From the human T2T-CHM13v2.0 reference genome, Homo sapiens: 64,000 nt of DNA. Shown piece by piece: positions 43,101 through 57,559 of the stretch. The position numbers and the translations under genes are program-made. Positions within the stretch are counted from its first letter, which is position 1, and each line of letters begins with the position of its first letter. The DNA is taken from the NCBI RefSeq assembly GCF_009914755.1, contig NC_060938.1. The stretch is one strand, 5' to 3'. The notes under the pieces were generated by a model. It ran no database searches, was not told the DNA's origin, and saw nothing but the letters and a program-made list of their open reading frames with translations.

Positions 43101-46100
43101 GAGGTCAAGATGTCATTTGGAATGATAATTTCTCTGATCAAAGTTAAGTTAAGGAAATTACAGTGATTGCATCTTTGTCCCCTAAAGTTTATGAGCCTCT
43201 TTGTAATCGCTGCTTCCGCAAACCCTTCCCCACCTTCCCAAGTTCTCAGGCCTCCATCTGCAGGGGCTGCTGGGCTTTTCCCTCCAGGAAGGACGGGCTC
43301 GCCAGCTGGCCAGAGGTTCCTGTATTAGTGCTGCCCTGTACTGACTTGTGAGTCTCCAGTAACAATCCTCCGGTGTGGCACAGCTACAAGCAATGACCAG
43401 GGAGGCCCACCTTGAATCCTGAACCTCTTTGGGGGCTGACTCAGTCCTCTGAAACTGACTCTTGGATTCCTTCCTGGGTTTGCCACCAACTCATTTTCTC
43501 AGCAAATCACTTCTCTGCCTTGAGACTCCATGAAATAATATAAGGTTTCCTTGGCAGGATTCTCTGACCTTTTTCAGAGACCCAGATTTCTTGTTTATTT
43601 TAATTTGAATGTCTCAATCCTCTGAAAGCATTTGGAATATTTTCTTCATTTCCCTCTCCCAAGGTATCTACTTTATCCCAGACAGGGCTCCCCCAGTGGG
43701 TTTTGAGGGGAAGGATGCTGAGGCTTTGGGCCCTGGCTCCTGTCCTTTACTTCACCTCTGCCAGGGCAAAGACCAGCACTGGGCTGACCTCCCTGGGCTG
43801 GGCCAAAAGAGAAGGCTGTGGAAGCCGCACGTCTCCGATGCTGCCCACTGTCCTTTCCCTCTGCAGCCACAGCTGCCTCCAGCCCCCCTCACCCCCGCCT
43901 GCTCTTTTTCTCAGTGAGCCTCAGCGCCAGTGCCCCAGTGAGCTGCTGGGAACAGAGGTCCGTCCCCTGCACTGGCCTCGGCTCCCCGCACCAGAACATT
44001 CAGGCATCAATGGGAAACAGCAAGATCTGTCGGCATCCCCCCCTTTCTTCAGGCTTTGAGGGCCACATTCTCCACGGCCATCTGTTCCCTTTCACCTCTC
44101 TGGACAATGTTGCTTTTTAAAGCCAGCGATTCTTCCTCCTTTATCCCCTCCTCTCCCGCCTCCCCTTCTTCTGTGCTCCCACCCTTTCTACCTCTCCTCT
44201 CTTTGCCCGATTCCTATGAAATTAGCCTCTCTTAAGATAAGATTTGCCCTTCCTCCATACAAAGCTGTTTTGCAAACACTATGGGTTTTTGAATTTTTAT
44301 TTTTACATTTTGTTTGAAGTGAGGGCTTGCTACTTTTAAAGTTTGTGATTGTCTTGTGGAGGGGGTAGTCTTTTGATAGGGATAGGAAGGGGGAGGATAG
44401 AAAAACTTTTTAGTCATGAAAAAAGAAAATACAGAATAATAATGAGTTTTAGGTTCCTGCTGGCAGGCACTTGCCTCTTTAAAGAAGGAATCCTCCCTTT
44501 CCTTTCCTTGATGATCAGTTTAAGGAAATTTTTATGCTCTCGAGGTCTTCCCACCTTTTATTGTATTACTATTTTGTTGTTGCTGCAATGTTGTTGTTGT
44601 GCTGTTTTTAATTTAGAGCCAGGGCTTCTGTGGATCTGGTACAGCGGATTCCTTTGTCTTGGACAGAGCCATATACAACTCCAGAGGTTCCTGGATTCAG
44701 GCAGAGTGCCCATGGTGCCTTCTAGATGAAGCAATCATCCTGACTCAAGGGCTGGACATCAAGGGGTGTTTGCCCCAGGACTGACCAGTGACTAAGTGTG
44801 TGACCTTGGGTACATCACTTTCTTTAAGAATAATGATGACAGAATCATTTACTTCAAAAAATTTTTAACACATGATTCTTCTGTTTTTACTATTACTTGG
44901 TTTCACAAGCAAGACGAGTCCGTGGTAATGTCATGAAAACTTATGGGTTATCCTTGGGTAAGGATGTACCAAGAATCCACCGTTAGGGTCTAGTTGAGCA
45001 GCAGACATGGGAAATATCTAAAACAAGGACGGACTCCTGGCTGTGGCTGCCTGTCAGGATCACAGAGCAGGGACACGGGCACCGGCAGAGTTGGGCTGAC
45101 AGATTGAATCCTGTCTCTCCTACTTACTAGCTATACAGATATCAGTAAGGTTTTGTCATCTATAAAATAGGGGCAACACTAGAGATATACTTTGTATGGT
45201 TGTTGAGACAATTAAGAGATTTTTATCACGTAAAGCACTTGGAATAGTTTCTGGAACCTGGTCGGTACTATGTCGTTGTCCCTCTTCCCATCCCACATCC
45301 ACATTACAGATGAAAACATGGGCTAACGGGTTTTCTGCAGGGCTCTTCTTAGTCTTTCACATTCACCTTCTGCTGGTTCATTTTTTCATTGCAGAGTGAA
45401 CACTGATAAAATAAATAATGTAATTATCAGATTATAATGATGATTAACACAGCGATTCTATTTAGAAATGTCATAAAATAGTGAAACATCCTAAGATACA
45501 GAAAGATATATGATCATGTACTTCTGGCAAAGAAGGTGAACCAGATGTGGAGATGATAGTCATAGAAGGAAAGCCAGTCATGATTTTGGCAACTGGGATC
45601 ACCTTACATATTTTCAGTTGGAGAAAACCTGGAGATTTATTTTTCTTTTGGTATCAATTTCTAGAAACCTGTCGTATGACTAAGAGTTTCCCAACAATAG
45701 GGAGAGAACATTATTAAAATATGCTTTTCTAGAAAGGCCCAAATGACTCTGAATAAGAAACTGAATATTATAATTTAATGAGGAAAAGAAAATGAATGGG
45801 ATGTCCAGAAAATTGGGGCGGGGAGGGGGTAGTTTCCATGCATTTTCCCTCCTAGAAAGGGAGATTAATGGCCATTCTTGTAATATCTAAATGGCCAAAA
45901 GAAACAATGAAAAGAAAAATAATGAATCAGACTCTGGGGTTTAAATCCTGACTCTGCCACTTGCCAGGTGGCCTTGGGCAAATCACTTTCTTTGTAGCGC
46001 AGCTTCCTTCACTAGAAAATTGGTATGATAATGGTACCTCCCTCACAGAGATAATGTATGTAAGGTGTTTAGCCTGGAAAACAATAATTATCCCAAAGTG

Positions 46101-47884
46101 TTACCTCATAATTCTTTACTGTAATGTCTTATATCAACTGACATCTGAGATGTGGGACACATTACCCAAAGTTGGTAGTCTTGATCACTTTGCGGATGCT
46201 GGTCATTTGCAGTAAACCCATAGTTCTGTCTCATTTCTGGATAAGCATTGGCCTTCGAGGAAGAAGGAAATTGGTTTGCTTAAGAATTCATATTTTGCAG
46301 ATGTGAACTGACTGGCTACTGACACCAAAACCAGTTCCCCCAATTAAAATAACCCTGCTAGCCTCAGCACATTTTGTTCATGAGCTCCCTCTCCCGCCAT
46401 GAGGCGGCTGCCTGAAAGTACTTGACTGCCCTACCCTCCACTCCCCGGGGATTGGGACATGCTTGTGAAGAGATACTTGAGGAAGTTAAAGCAAGGTCAT
46501 CTCCATTGCCTAAGCCCCACACCCTGGTAAACTGCACACTGTTTGGACCTTGAAACTTGTGAGCTGCGAATTCCTGTCACAAATGGAGTTTTCCTCCCTC
46601 CTGTGGCCCCAGTTTGTGGTGAGCCTTGTGTTGGCATGGTGGCCATGGGGACACCCCTCGTGTGTGTGTGTGTAGGCCCCCAAAAGGAGAAGTGTAGCAG
46701 CTTCCCTCAGCCTTGCCTCAGAAAGCCGGGTCCAGATGGCCAAGGAAGCACACTGCATTGAAGGAACTCTGCAGCCAGAGTGAATTTACCAGTGTGGGAA
46801 ACAAAAACGTTCGGGTTCTGGTCTAAAATTCTGGGAGCAAAGGACACTGGGATTGCCTCCACCAAATGTCAACATTTTACTTCTTCCCCCACCCCCTTCT
46901 CAGAGCCTCGAGGGCAGCAAACATATGTGAGGCCAGCATTCCATTCCCTCCCACGCAGGAACATATGCTGATTCCTATCAGGATCCTCTGCTTCCCAAAG
47001 AGGCTGATGGAGATGGGGAGGGAGGAAAGCATAACCATAAATCCTCACACTCTGGGCAAGGTGATAATTGAAAGCATTCTCCACCATGACGTGCTCTCCA
47101 GTGCCAGGGCAGCAGGCAGCTGGGACAGCTAAAGCTGGAGAAGGCCTGGGCCGGGGCCCAGCTCTCCCTCTGACCAGGTGAATTTTGGTGGTCAAGTCAC
47201 TTCTCTGCCTATGAAACGGGAATAAGGATTGTATCCATGTTGTGGGATCAAAGGAAGCACTTTAAGTCAAATTCATCAGATGCACTTAGGCACTCTGGAG
47301 TTTTCAAAGCACCTCAGCATTTCTGTCTTGTCTCACTTGATTCTTTTTGCTCCCCTACTTGCACTCTGTTCCTGCTGTCACTGAGGAAACACAGCAGAGT
47401 GTGAACTCTGAAAGCTGACCCTTGTTTGGTGTCTTGAAGCAATGCAGGTCAAGGAGCAAGACTGAGGAGGGGCCTTAATGAGGGTCTCTGAGTGAGGACC
47501 TGGGCCCGGTAACCAGCCCTGGCCTGTTTCATGCCCAGGCTATCAGCCGCCCCTCCTACCAAGTCTCTCTGAATTAATATTTTGGGTGTCTCCTCAGACA
47601 ACAGCTCCAAGCAGATGAATTATGGCAGTTCTAAAGGGTATTTACATCTCTTCTCTCTATTCCTCTTGGGAAGCAGGGTGGGGGATTAAGTCAGTCTTAA
47701 AAACTGGCTAAAGGGCATTCTCCAGAATGATGTCTTCTGAGATTAAAAGGACACAGAGCCACATCACAAGATACTAGGTGGAGATTTTCTAATACAAATG
47801 CATGCATGATGGTACATGGACTGTCTGCGGGATCTGAGGAGTCTGTAATTGCAGGCAAAACAGCAAATGCCTAATACATGATTT

Positions 47885-48058
47885 TTTTTCAAATGTTAGC
47901 ATATATTAGGATCATCTGAGAGAGGTTTTTGAAAATATGGACTCTTGGGCATCACCTCCAAAGATTCTGATTCATCAGGTTTGGGATGGGGCCTAGGATT
48001 CTGCATTTTACAAAGTTAACAGATGATTCTGATGTATAGAAACATATGAATGCCCTAG
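47885..48058. mobile_element. MER5A-like hAT element
   Basis: agattctgattcatcaggtttgggatggggcctaggattctgcatttt. Confidence 0.7.
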
Positions 48059-48164
48059 TAATTTCTCCAGAGATCCAATCCCATGTCTTGATTTTATATC
48101 AATGACCAAGTAATCTCTCTGGAAAGGCCAACCTACATTTTCCCACTAATTTTTTTGGGGGGGA

Positions 48165-48910
<746 letters not shown>

Positions 48911-50185
48911 ACTAATGGTTTTTAAAGCCATTGATGTTCTCCCAGAAAAATTTTTCTTCAAGAACATATTTCCTAATAAACAAATCATATTTCTTTTCTC
49001 TTCTGTTCTTACTGCTTGCAAAGAGCCAGTGATCCAAAGTGGGCCTGAAGCAACAGCAGGCTTACCCAGGCCTGATTCTTCACAAGCTAAGGCCTGGGCA
49101 AAGGACCCTCTCTCAGCCCTGGGTTTGCCTTGTGAGCTGATTTCCTGAAGGCAAACCACATGACTGCTGGTGTGTCCCCTTGCTGTTCAGTCAAGTGGGT
49201 GGCCACCTGGCTTTCTCCTTGTCCCAAAGTACTTCGTTGGATATGTAAAGCGACCAAATGTTACTTCACTGTAGTTTGAATCTTACCCAGAAAGAGTGAC
49301 TGGTAAAGGACATGCCACTTTGCACCCTTCCCAGCTCTCTCCAAAGGCAGCTGGCTGAATGCACACTTCTGAGGGTGATGTTTTTTCCAGCACTCAGGGA
49401 TATACCCAGTGTGAGATCAGAATCAGCAGCTGTATTCATTCTGCCTCAGCCAGTGCCATCTGAAACAAACATCAAGTGGTCAAAAAATGAGATGGTGACC
49501 ATGTATAATACACAAGACTTATTAGAATTCAACTCTGGTATCCGCCTGCTGCCTCTGACTCTACAATGGGAGCAGGAAAGCAAAGCTCATACCAGGACAG
49601 CTGAAAGGTGTGGTCTGAGGATTTCATGGTGAACAGATAGAACACACTGTGGGGGAAAAAAAACATATTTTATGCAAGCATCTTTCTGGCTTGTCTTGAA
49701 TGAAGCTAAATTTAAAGAGAAAGTGCCACAGATTTCTTTAAATGGTTAGGTTTTTGTTTTCTTTGTTTTATTTTGCTAGTATTTACTTAAGGGTAATATG
49801 TGTTTTCTGTAATGAGTGAATTTATTTTTAATTAAAAACTTATTTGCAAAGGTCAAGAGATTTCACTACAAGTCACCATTCAGGATTTTTTTTTTCCTTT
49901 CCTTAAGTAGAAGGTAGCAAGGGGAAAGCTGTATTGGAGAAAAGGTTCAGGGGCATGGCCTCCTGGAGAATGTTGGGAGTTGAGCTGATGGGAGGAGATT
50001 GCTTCTTTTTATTCAGACAATCTAGTTCTGTTCTTCTTATGCCTACTATTGTTTTCCTTGCCATCTTTGAGACCTTGATGATCGACACTGCAGACACAGC
50101 AGAGAATCCTAGTACAGACTGAAGCTTTTCGTATAAAGTGAGCATGCTCACTGTGATTCTGGACAGTTCCTACATAGTATCTCTG

Positions 50186-50300
50186 TAGGATAACATATGT
50201 CTTGGTTTTCTCAGGGCAAGCTCAGTTTATCTCTGTTATCCCAGTATAACTATTAAAATGTCCCCATTTCATTTTCAAAAATGTCCTGGTTGGATAAGAA
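50186..50300 (+). mobile_element. MER94-like (hAT-Blackjack) fragment
   Basis: taggataacatatgtcttggttt...cagtttat...tgttatcccagtataactattaa...tcaaaaatgtcctggtttgga. Confidence 0.6.
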
Positions 50301-53300
50301 CTTAAAGTATTTTGTTAAGACTCTGGGAAACTGAAGGTATTTTCTCCCTGTCCATGAGCCAGTGGAGTTGTTGAGTGATTTGTGCTGGTGCATACCAGTC
50401 TCTAGCCTAGTGGATGGCTCACCCCCGCTTCTCCCCTACCTTGTGCTATGGAGGATCCATCCCTAACTCTTGCATTCCAGAGGTTCTGATTGCCTCACTT
50501 CTTCCTGTCTTCTGCTTCACATTTCTTACCTTTCTCAGTAACGAGTTTGCTGAGACTTGGATCAGCCTAGGTATGTTGTGCAAGTAAAGCCTCTGGACTG
50601 CATTCACTCCTTTCACCTCCAGCCAAGAGACATCAGGAATGAAATTTTCTGCTTTACTAAAGTGAAGCAGCCCATTCTTTACCAGCCAAATGCCTTCCTC
50701 GGTGGGTAAATGGTATTAGTTGAAGCAGTTATTACATAGTTTTATGCCTCAGATCCTGTATTTATAAATCTGAAAGACGACTAATAGCTTTAAAGTATTT
50801 TGAGAATCTCAAAGCTCAGAAGATTATAAATAACAAAAGATATATTTTTTCGTATCTAAAATGGTAGCACAAATACTGCGGTTGCTTACTTAATAGATAG
50901 CGTGTGGTCCCTGAGCCATTGCAGCTGATGGGTTTTTTCCAGTGCTCTATTTATAGAGCTAGGTCAGAAATATCACTTCCGTTGGAACCTGACCTATAGA
51001 CCATTGTCAATTTTAGAGACCCAAGGAAGTAGAATGCACCCTAAATACAGCTGGTTCACAGATTCAGTTAGTGAACCACAAGCCCTCAAGGAAATTAATT
51101 TTGCTGGAAGATAAATGTCTGAGCCTATCCCAGTCTCTTTTCTTTGACACCTTTGTCCTGTGGTCTCACAGAGCTTGTAGGTCATCTTGAATCTTTATTC
51201 TAAAAATAACCTATTATAGGCAGTTTCCCAGCTTTAATAACTTACTCATCCTCTTCGCCTTTTGTTGCTAAAATTCTGCATTGAATGGAACAAGAACTGA
51301 TGACCTGCCAAGAGAGGTAACCAAGATTCTCAGTCCCTTCCCCAGTTCAAATGGATGGTCCAATAAAGAACCATGCTCAGCAAGTGCCAGGGGCCTAGTT
51401 TTAAACAGGAGAAGCTGAATTGAATGGATGATGAATTGAATGAATGAATTGAATCCTTCTGATCCCTAGTCTCGCACTCAGACTCCCGTCTTTAAGCTTT
51501 GTTACTATGAAGTTGTGTTTGCTGGGACTTGGCCACTGGTCAGCACAGGTTTACCCATCATAAAGTCTTACTAAGTAGGGTAGACTAAGAAAATCTCTAG
51601 TCTGGAGAGAAATCTGCTATCAGCAAAAGAACCCATGCCTGTGCTCTTTTCAAGCACAAACGGGTGCTGGGTAGGGCACAGCGATTCAAAGACAGCGCAT
51701 GGAGTGGTGCATTCTCAAACTTCCTGGAACAAGTGAGGTTCTCGATGAGGAACTCATTCATATCATCAAAATACCAAAGACTCAAAGTTTTTTAATAAGG
51801 CAGGAACTATTGAGGTCATTTACCCCTTCTTGTCATGGATGAGGAAACTGAGGCTCAGTGAGGTTAGGTAACTGCTCATTACCAAGGCCTACTCTGAGGT
51901 TCTTTGTTACACTACTCTCCTTCTCCCACCTGGTCTCATCAAAAGCCCAGACGGAGTCAGAAATAGAACTGCAGGGTCCTGCTTTCTAGCCAGCAGCTGG
52001 CCACAGGCTATCATGCATTACATGGAATGTGCTTCAGGACGTGAGGACAAGAGATATGAACGAGAATGCAGTTCCAGTGGTAACATACCATCTTCTTCCC
52101 TGGATTTATTTCAATCCTGAAAACATTTGTAGGTATTGTTATTCCTTTATTTTTTTAAATTTCCTCTTTCTACTCTAAATAAATGGGCTTTCATCTGCAG
52201 GGACTGGAGGGACCAAATATCCAGAATATCCAGTCCGCTAAGGCCATGAACTTTTCCTTCCCCTCTGTTCCTATTTTGGGAGTCATTGCTTTGTTTTTTT
52301 GACTTTTTTTTTTTTAACATGGAAAAGCATTCTTTTAAAGTTGACCCTTTTGCTGCAGGGCAAATGCTTTTCTGTTATGCACTAGAGATTCAGTTTGATC
52401 TCCTAGAAATGCTTAGCACAGGAGTCATAAATTGAAATGTTTTCAGAGAAGGAGCTTTCTCATTAAGAGCTTTCCAACAGGCCTCTTCTAAATACTGACA
52501 CGGGTTGGTACCAGAAGCCCATCACCTTTTTGGAAATCAAGGCTACATAGCAACCTGGTTATCCTCCTCCAGTCTGATTGCACGAGGGCTACACCCCATG
52601 TATACAGAGCAGAGAGACAGCTCCTTGCCTTGTGAGAAATTCGTCTTCATAACCAACTCCCACACCAAATGAGTAAGGAATTGGATCCAAAAGATAGTCA
52701 TGAAAGATATTCCAGAATCCAAATCATGTGTTTTAACCACTTTGCAACTAAGATTTACTATCTTGCCTCATTGTTAACAGAATAAAAAATGCAGGAGATA
52801 ATGATTAAACTTCTTTCCTCCCTAGAATTTCATCTTCAGTGTTTGATCATCATTGTTCCTGTCACTTATACATATCAAGTATCTTCATCTAAGGGTCATC
52901 AAGAACCTCTGGTTGCCTGGAGGCCAGAATTATTATTCACATTTTACAGATGGGTTAGCAATCACAGAAAGAGAACATGCTTTGACTTACCTAAAAGAGT
53001 CTCTGAGAGAGTGGAGAATGAATGTTCCCACAGTCTTTTACAGAGCCCTGACTTCAGTGTGAGTAGATTAGATTTGCTCTATGTAGCTTACACAGAGACT
53101 TCTACAGGCTCAATCCCATAACAATGAAAATCCTCAAAAATGAAAATATTTTCAAAGCTCAGTTCACGTATTTGATTTTTGTATTTGCATTGGAATTAAC
53201 CAAATTCCAGACAATGAAGTTATACTGCTTTGGCAGGTCTAAATATCACAATCATCAAAAAGGAGAGAGAGGGAGTGAGCACCTCAATTTTTAGAACTTC

Positions 53301-54124
53301 CTCTTAAAGTGAACATAGAGAAGGTTCACTTATCTGTTTCCTAACCAATTAGGTCATCTTGCAGGAAATCACCTTTTCTTAAAAGCCAGTAGGCAGATTC
53401 CTCCTACTTTAAATTTCCCATCAACAGCATTAACAATCATTTATGCCAGCCCTCTCACAGGAATGCTTGAAAGTCAAAAGACATAAGAGACCACTAAGTT
53501 TTCTAGTTTAAAATAAGGTCACAACTTTATAGTAACTTACAGTTTCCCTACCTCCCTCTCTCAAGTGATTCTATCACTGCAATCACCCTTCAATTGCTTT
53601 CCTATACTTGAGGCCCTATTAAGTAAACTATCTTTCCAATCCTTGCCAGATTTTTAATTCTACAACCAGAGAGGATCAGTTCCAGGCCACCTGACTTGCG
53701 TGAATCCAGCTGCTGGGCCAGTTGAGTGAGATTAAGTAACTTGCTGAGCCAGAGTATGTGCTGTCTTTCTGGAAACCCCTTGCCCTGGGTTATCACTGTA
53801 CATCAGAACAGAGGAAGCCAAGTATGGAGCCTGAGTGACATGCAGAGCTCAGATGAGTGATAAGATCCTCATGACACACTTCCATCGGTATCCTCCCAGA
53901 GATGGGCCTTTGAGCTCTCAAGACTCTTGTGGGCTGGCAGAATAACACGTTATTTGACATGAGAGACATGATAAGCCCAGAGAAAGCTAATTGGAGTAGT
54001 GGTTAAAACTCAGTTGGCCTGGTTTCGAACCCTGGCTGTGTCAGTAACTAACCATGTGAACTGGAGTGACTTAGTTTCTCATAGCCTCATTCTGTCAATA
54101 GGGATGTTAATATTACTCACTTCA

Positions 54125-54523
<399 letters not shown>

Positions 54524-54817
54524 CTAAAAATACAAATGGATATTTTTAAAGTCTATAGTAGACTACAGTCAAGCTTGCTCACTCAGGGTTTCCTTTGGAA
54601 ACTTTTCTGTGGTCATCTGTACTCATGGCCCTTACTTAAGACTTGGGTTTACCTGTCCAGAAAACAACCAAATACATGGGTACTTTTTTATACTATTCTT
54701 ATTGTTTTAGCGACGCGGAGTCCTTTAAATAGTTGCTCCTGGCCCAAATGTGGCTCCAATCTCTGAAGACATCCTGTGTCTTCCTTTAGACCCGAGAAAC
54801 TCCTACAGTTTATCACC

Positions 54818-54840
54818 AAAAAAAAAAAAAAAAAAAAAAA
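54818..54840 (+). repeat. A23 homopolymer not attached to a recognisable retroelement
   Basis: Read directly. Confidence 0.95.
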
Positions 54841-55189
54841 GTTTGAGTGCTTAACTAGCAACTCCTAATTATTCACATGTAGCTTTTTCTTGACAAACTT
54901 TAGAGCTTAGCCTCCCTTGATCCCATCACTTAGCAGGCATCTAAGCAACTAATTTCTAGAGTTTACTTGAAAAATGTAAACCTGTTAATTTTAGCTAAGC
55001 AAGATAGAATTAAGGATGTAAATCTGCTGCCAAAACAAGGATACAATATGATTCAAAATTTAGTGGAAATAACTTTTTAATTAGTCATTTAGTCAGTATT
55101 ATAAGCATCCTCTGTGTCTCAGACCTTGTGTTAAGTAACTCAGGCATGCTGACATACATCAGGCGTGGGTTTGGCCTCTTTATAATATA

Positions 55190-56582
55190 CAGTCATATGT
55201 CACTTAACAATGAAGATGGGTTCTGAGAAATGCATCATTAAGCAATTTTGACATTGTGTGAACATCATAGAATGTATTTACACAAACTGAGATGGTATAG
55301 CCTACTACAAACCCAGGCTGTATAGTATAGCCCATTGCTCCTAGTCTACAGACCCATTCAGCATGTTGCTGTACTGAATACTATAGGCAATTGGAACACA
55401 GTAGTAAGTATTTGTGTATCTAAACACATCTAAACAGAAAAGGTACAATAAAAATAGTAAAAGGATTAAAAATGGTACACCTGTGTAGGGCACTTACTAT
55501 GACTGCAGCTTATAGGACTGGAGTTGCTCTGGGTCCGTTGGTGAGTGCACCTACTGATGAATGAACACGAAGGCCTAGGACACTGCTGTACACTACTGTA
55601 GACTTCATAAACCCCGTATCCTTAGGCTATATTCATTGATAGAGACATTTTTCTTTCTTCAATAATAAATTAACCTTTGATTACTATCACTTTTTTACTT
55701 CATAAATGTTTTAATTTTTTAACTTTTTGATCTTGTAATAACATAACTGAAAATACAAACATTGCATAGCTGTTCAAAAACATTTTCTTTATATCCTTAT
55801 TCTATAATCTTATTTCTGTTTTTTAGATTTTTTTACCTTTTTAAACTTTTTTGTTAAAAATTAAGACACAGACACACACATTAGCCTAGGACTACACAGG
55901 ATCAATATCATCAATATCACTGTCTTCCACCCGCCCATCTTGTCTCACTGGAAAGTCTTCAGGGGCAATAACACGCATGAAGCTGTCATCTCCTATGATA
56001 ACAATGCCTTCTTCTGCAATACCTCCTGAAGGATCTTCCTGAGGCTGTTTTACAGTTAACTTCTTAAAATAAGTAGAATATACTCTAAAATCATGATTAA
56101 AAAAAGTATAGTAAGTACATAGTACATAAAAGTATAGTAAATACATTAAAAGTATAGTAAATACATAAACTACATAAAAGTATATATAGTAAATACATCA
56201 ATATAGATATGATAAAAAGTATAGTAAATACATAAAAGTGTAGTAACTACATAACTGGTTTTTGTATTTACTAAACTGGTTATTATAAGTAGAATAGACT
56301 CTAAAATATTGATAAAAAGTATAGTAAATACATATAATAAGATCAAGTATTATGTACTATGCATAATTGTATGTGCTATACTTTTATACAGCTGAGATTA
56401 TAGTAGGTTTATTTACCCTGCATCACCACAAGCATGTGAGTATGCATTGTGCTATGATGTTACCATTGCTGTGACATCACTAGGTGATAGGAATTTATTA
56501 GCTGCATGATAATGTTATGGGGCCACTGTCATATTTGCAGTCTGTCATTTGCTGAAACATCATTGTGCAGAGCACGACTCTG
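55190..56582 (+). mobile_element. Tigger3b (MER7B/Golem-type) DNA transposon inserted into L2
   Basis: TA|cagtcatatgtcacttaacaatg...ttctgagaaatgcatcattaagcaatttt...gatggtatagcctactac...gaaacatcattgtgcagagcacgactctg|TA. L2 sequence flanks it at ~55080-55170 and ~56585-57380. Confidence 0.85.
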
Positions 56583-57559
56583 TATTAAAGGTGATAAGAA
56601 AAGCACACAAATAATATACCACAGGTAGAAAATGATTGTAATATGAGACAGTAAAATAAAGTATTATAGAAGTTTACAGGAGGAAGACATTATTTCTGTG
56701 AAGATTAGAGAAATTGGCACATAGGAAGTAGCATTGAAGGCAGAGTAGATTTGGGACATGTGAACATAGGGGAGTTCCAGATGAGGGAGGGACATGGGAA
56801 ATAAGTGATTAAGTAGGAACACAGTTGTGGGAAATGGAGCAGGGGGAAGAAGTCTGGAAGGGCAGGTGGGCGCAGGGTAGAAAGTCCTTGAATGCCAGTG
56901 TTAGGAATTTAGAATTCTCTGAAGACACTTGGGAGCCACTGAAAGGTTTTGAGCCTGCTGGTTGTAAATGGGAGGGTGGTGTGCTTAGGTGTGTGCTTGG
57001 AGGAGGTTAATCAGGTAGTAAAACAGAGGATGGCTTTAGTAGGGAGAAAGCGACAGCAGCACAGACAACAGGCAACTAAAGCAGTCACACCAGGTGAAAG
57101 CTAATGTGGGTCTAAGGTTGATTTAGGAGGAATGGAGAGTCAGGAATGGATCTAAGGGTGAGGTAGGAGAAATGAATGGATGGATATAGGTAGGATTTTA
57201 CAGTTAAATCAGTAAGACCTCTCAATTTATTGCAAGTGAGAAGCATGAGAGAAGGAAACATTTTGAAAATGGAGCTGAGGTTTTAAACCAGATTAACTGG
57301 AGGGTCAAAGGAAGGAACAGAGATGGAGTAGATTTATATGGGAAAATATGAGCTTGCTTTGATGATACTGAATTTGCAGTGCTAAAATTTATGATGTAGG
57401 CTTGCAGTTCTTGTGGTTAAAAGTGGAAGACAAGTGTTGAGACAAGCCAAAGGTTGCGACAAAGGCGTAGAAACCATCCACCTTGTCAAATGGGCTCTCA
57501 TCCTTTTCAAAGTGGAGCCATTCCATGTAGAGCAGACACTGCAAGCTTGATGGGAATGA

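Noticed and set aside
50137-50152. Perfect 16-bp palindrome agtgagcatgctcact containing one p53 half-site
   Set aside because: About one such palindrome is expected by chance in 64 kb, and there is no adjacent second half-site.
53602-53796. ORF start MITQGKGFP, reminiscent of translated U1 snRNA
   Set aside because: The nucleotide sequence does not match U1 (no ATACTTACCTG, no Sm site).
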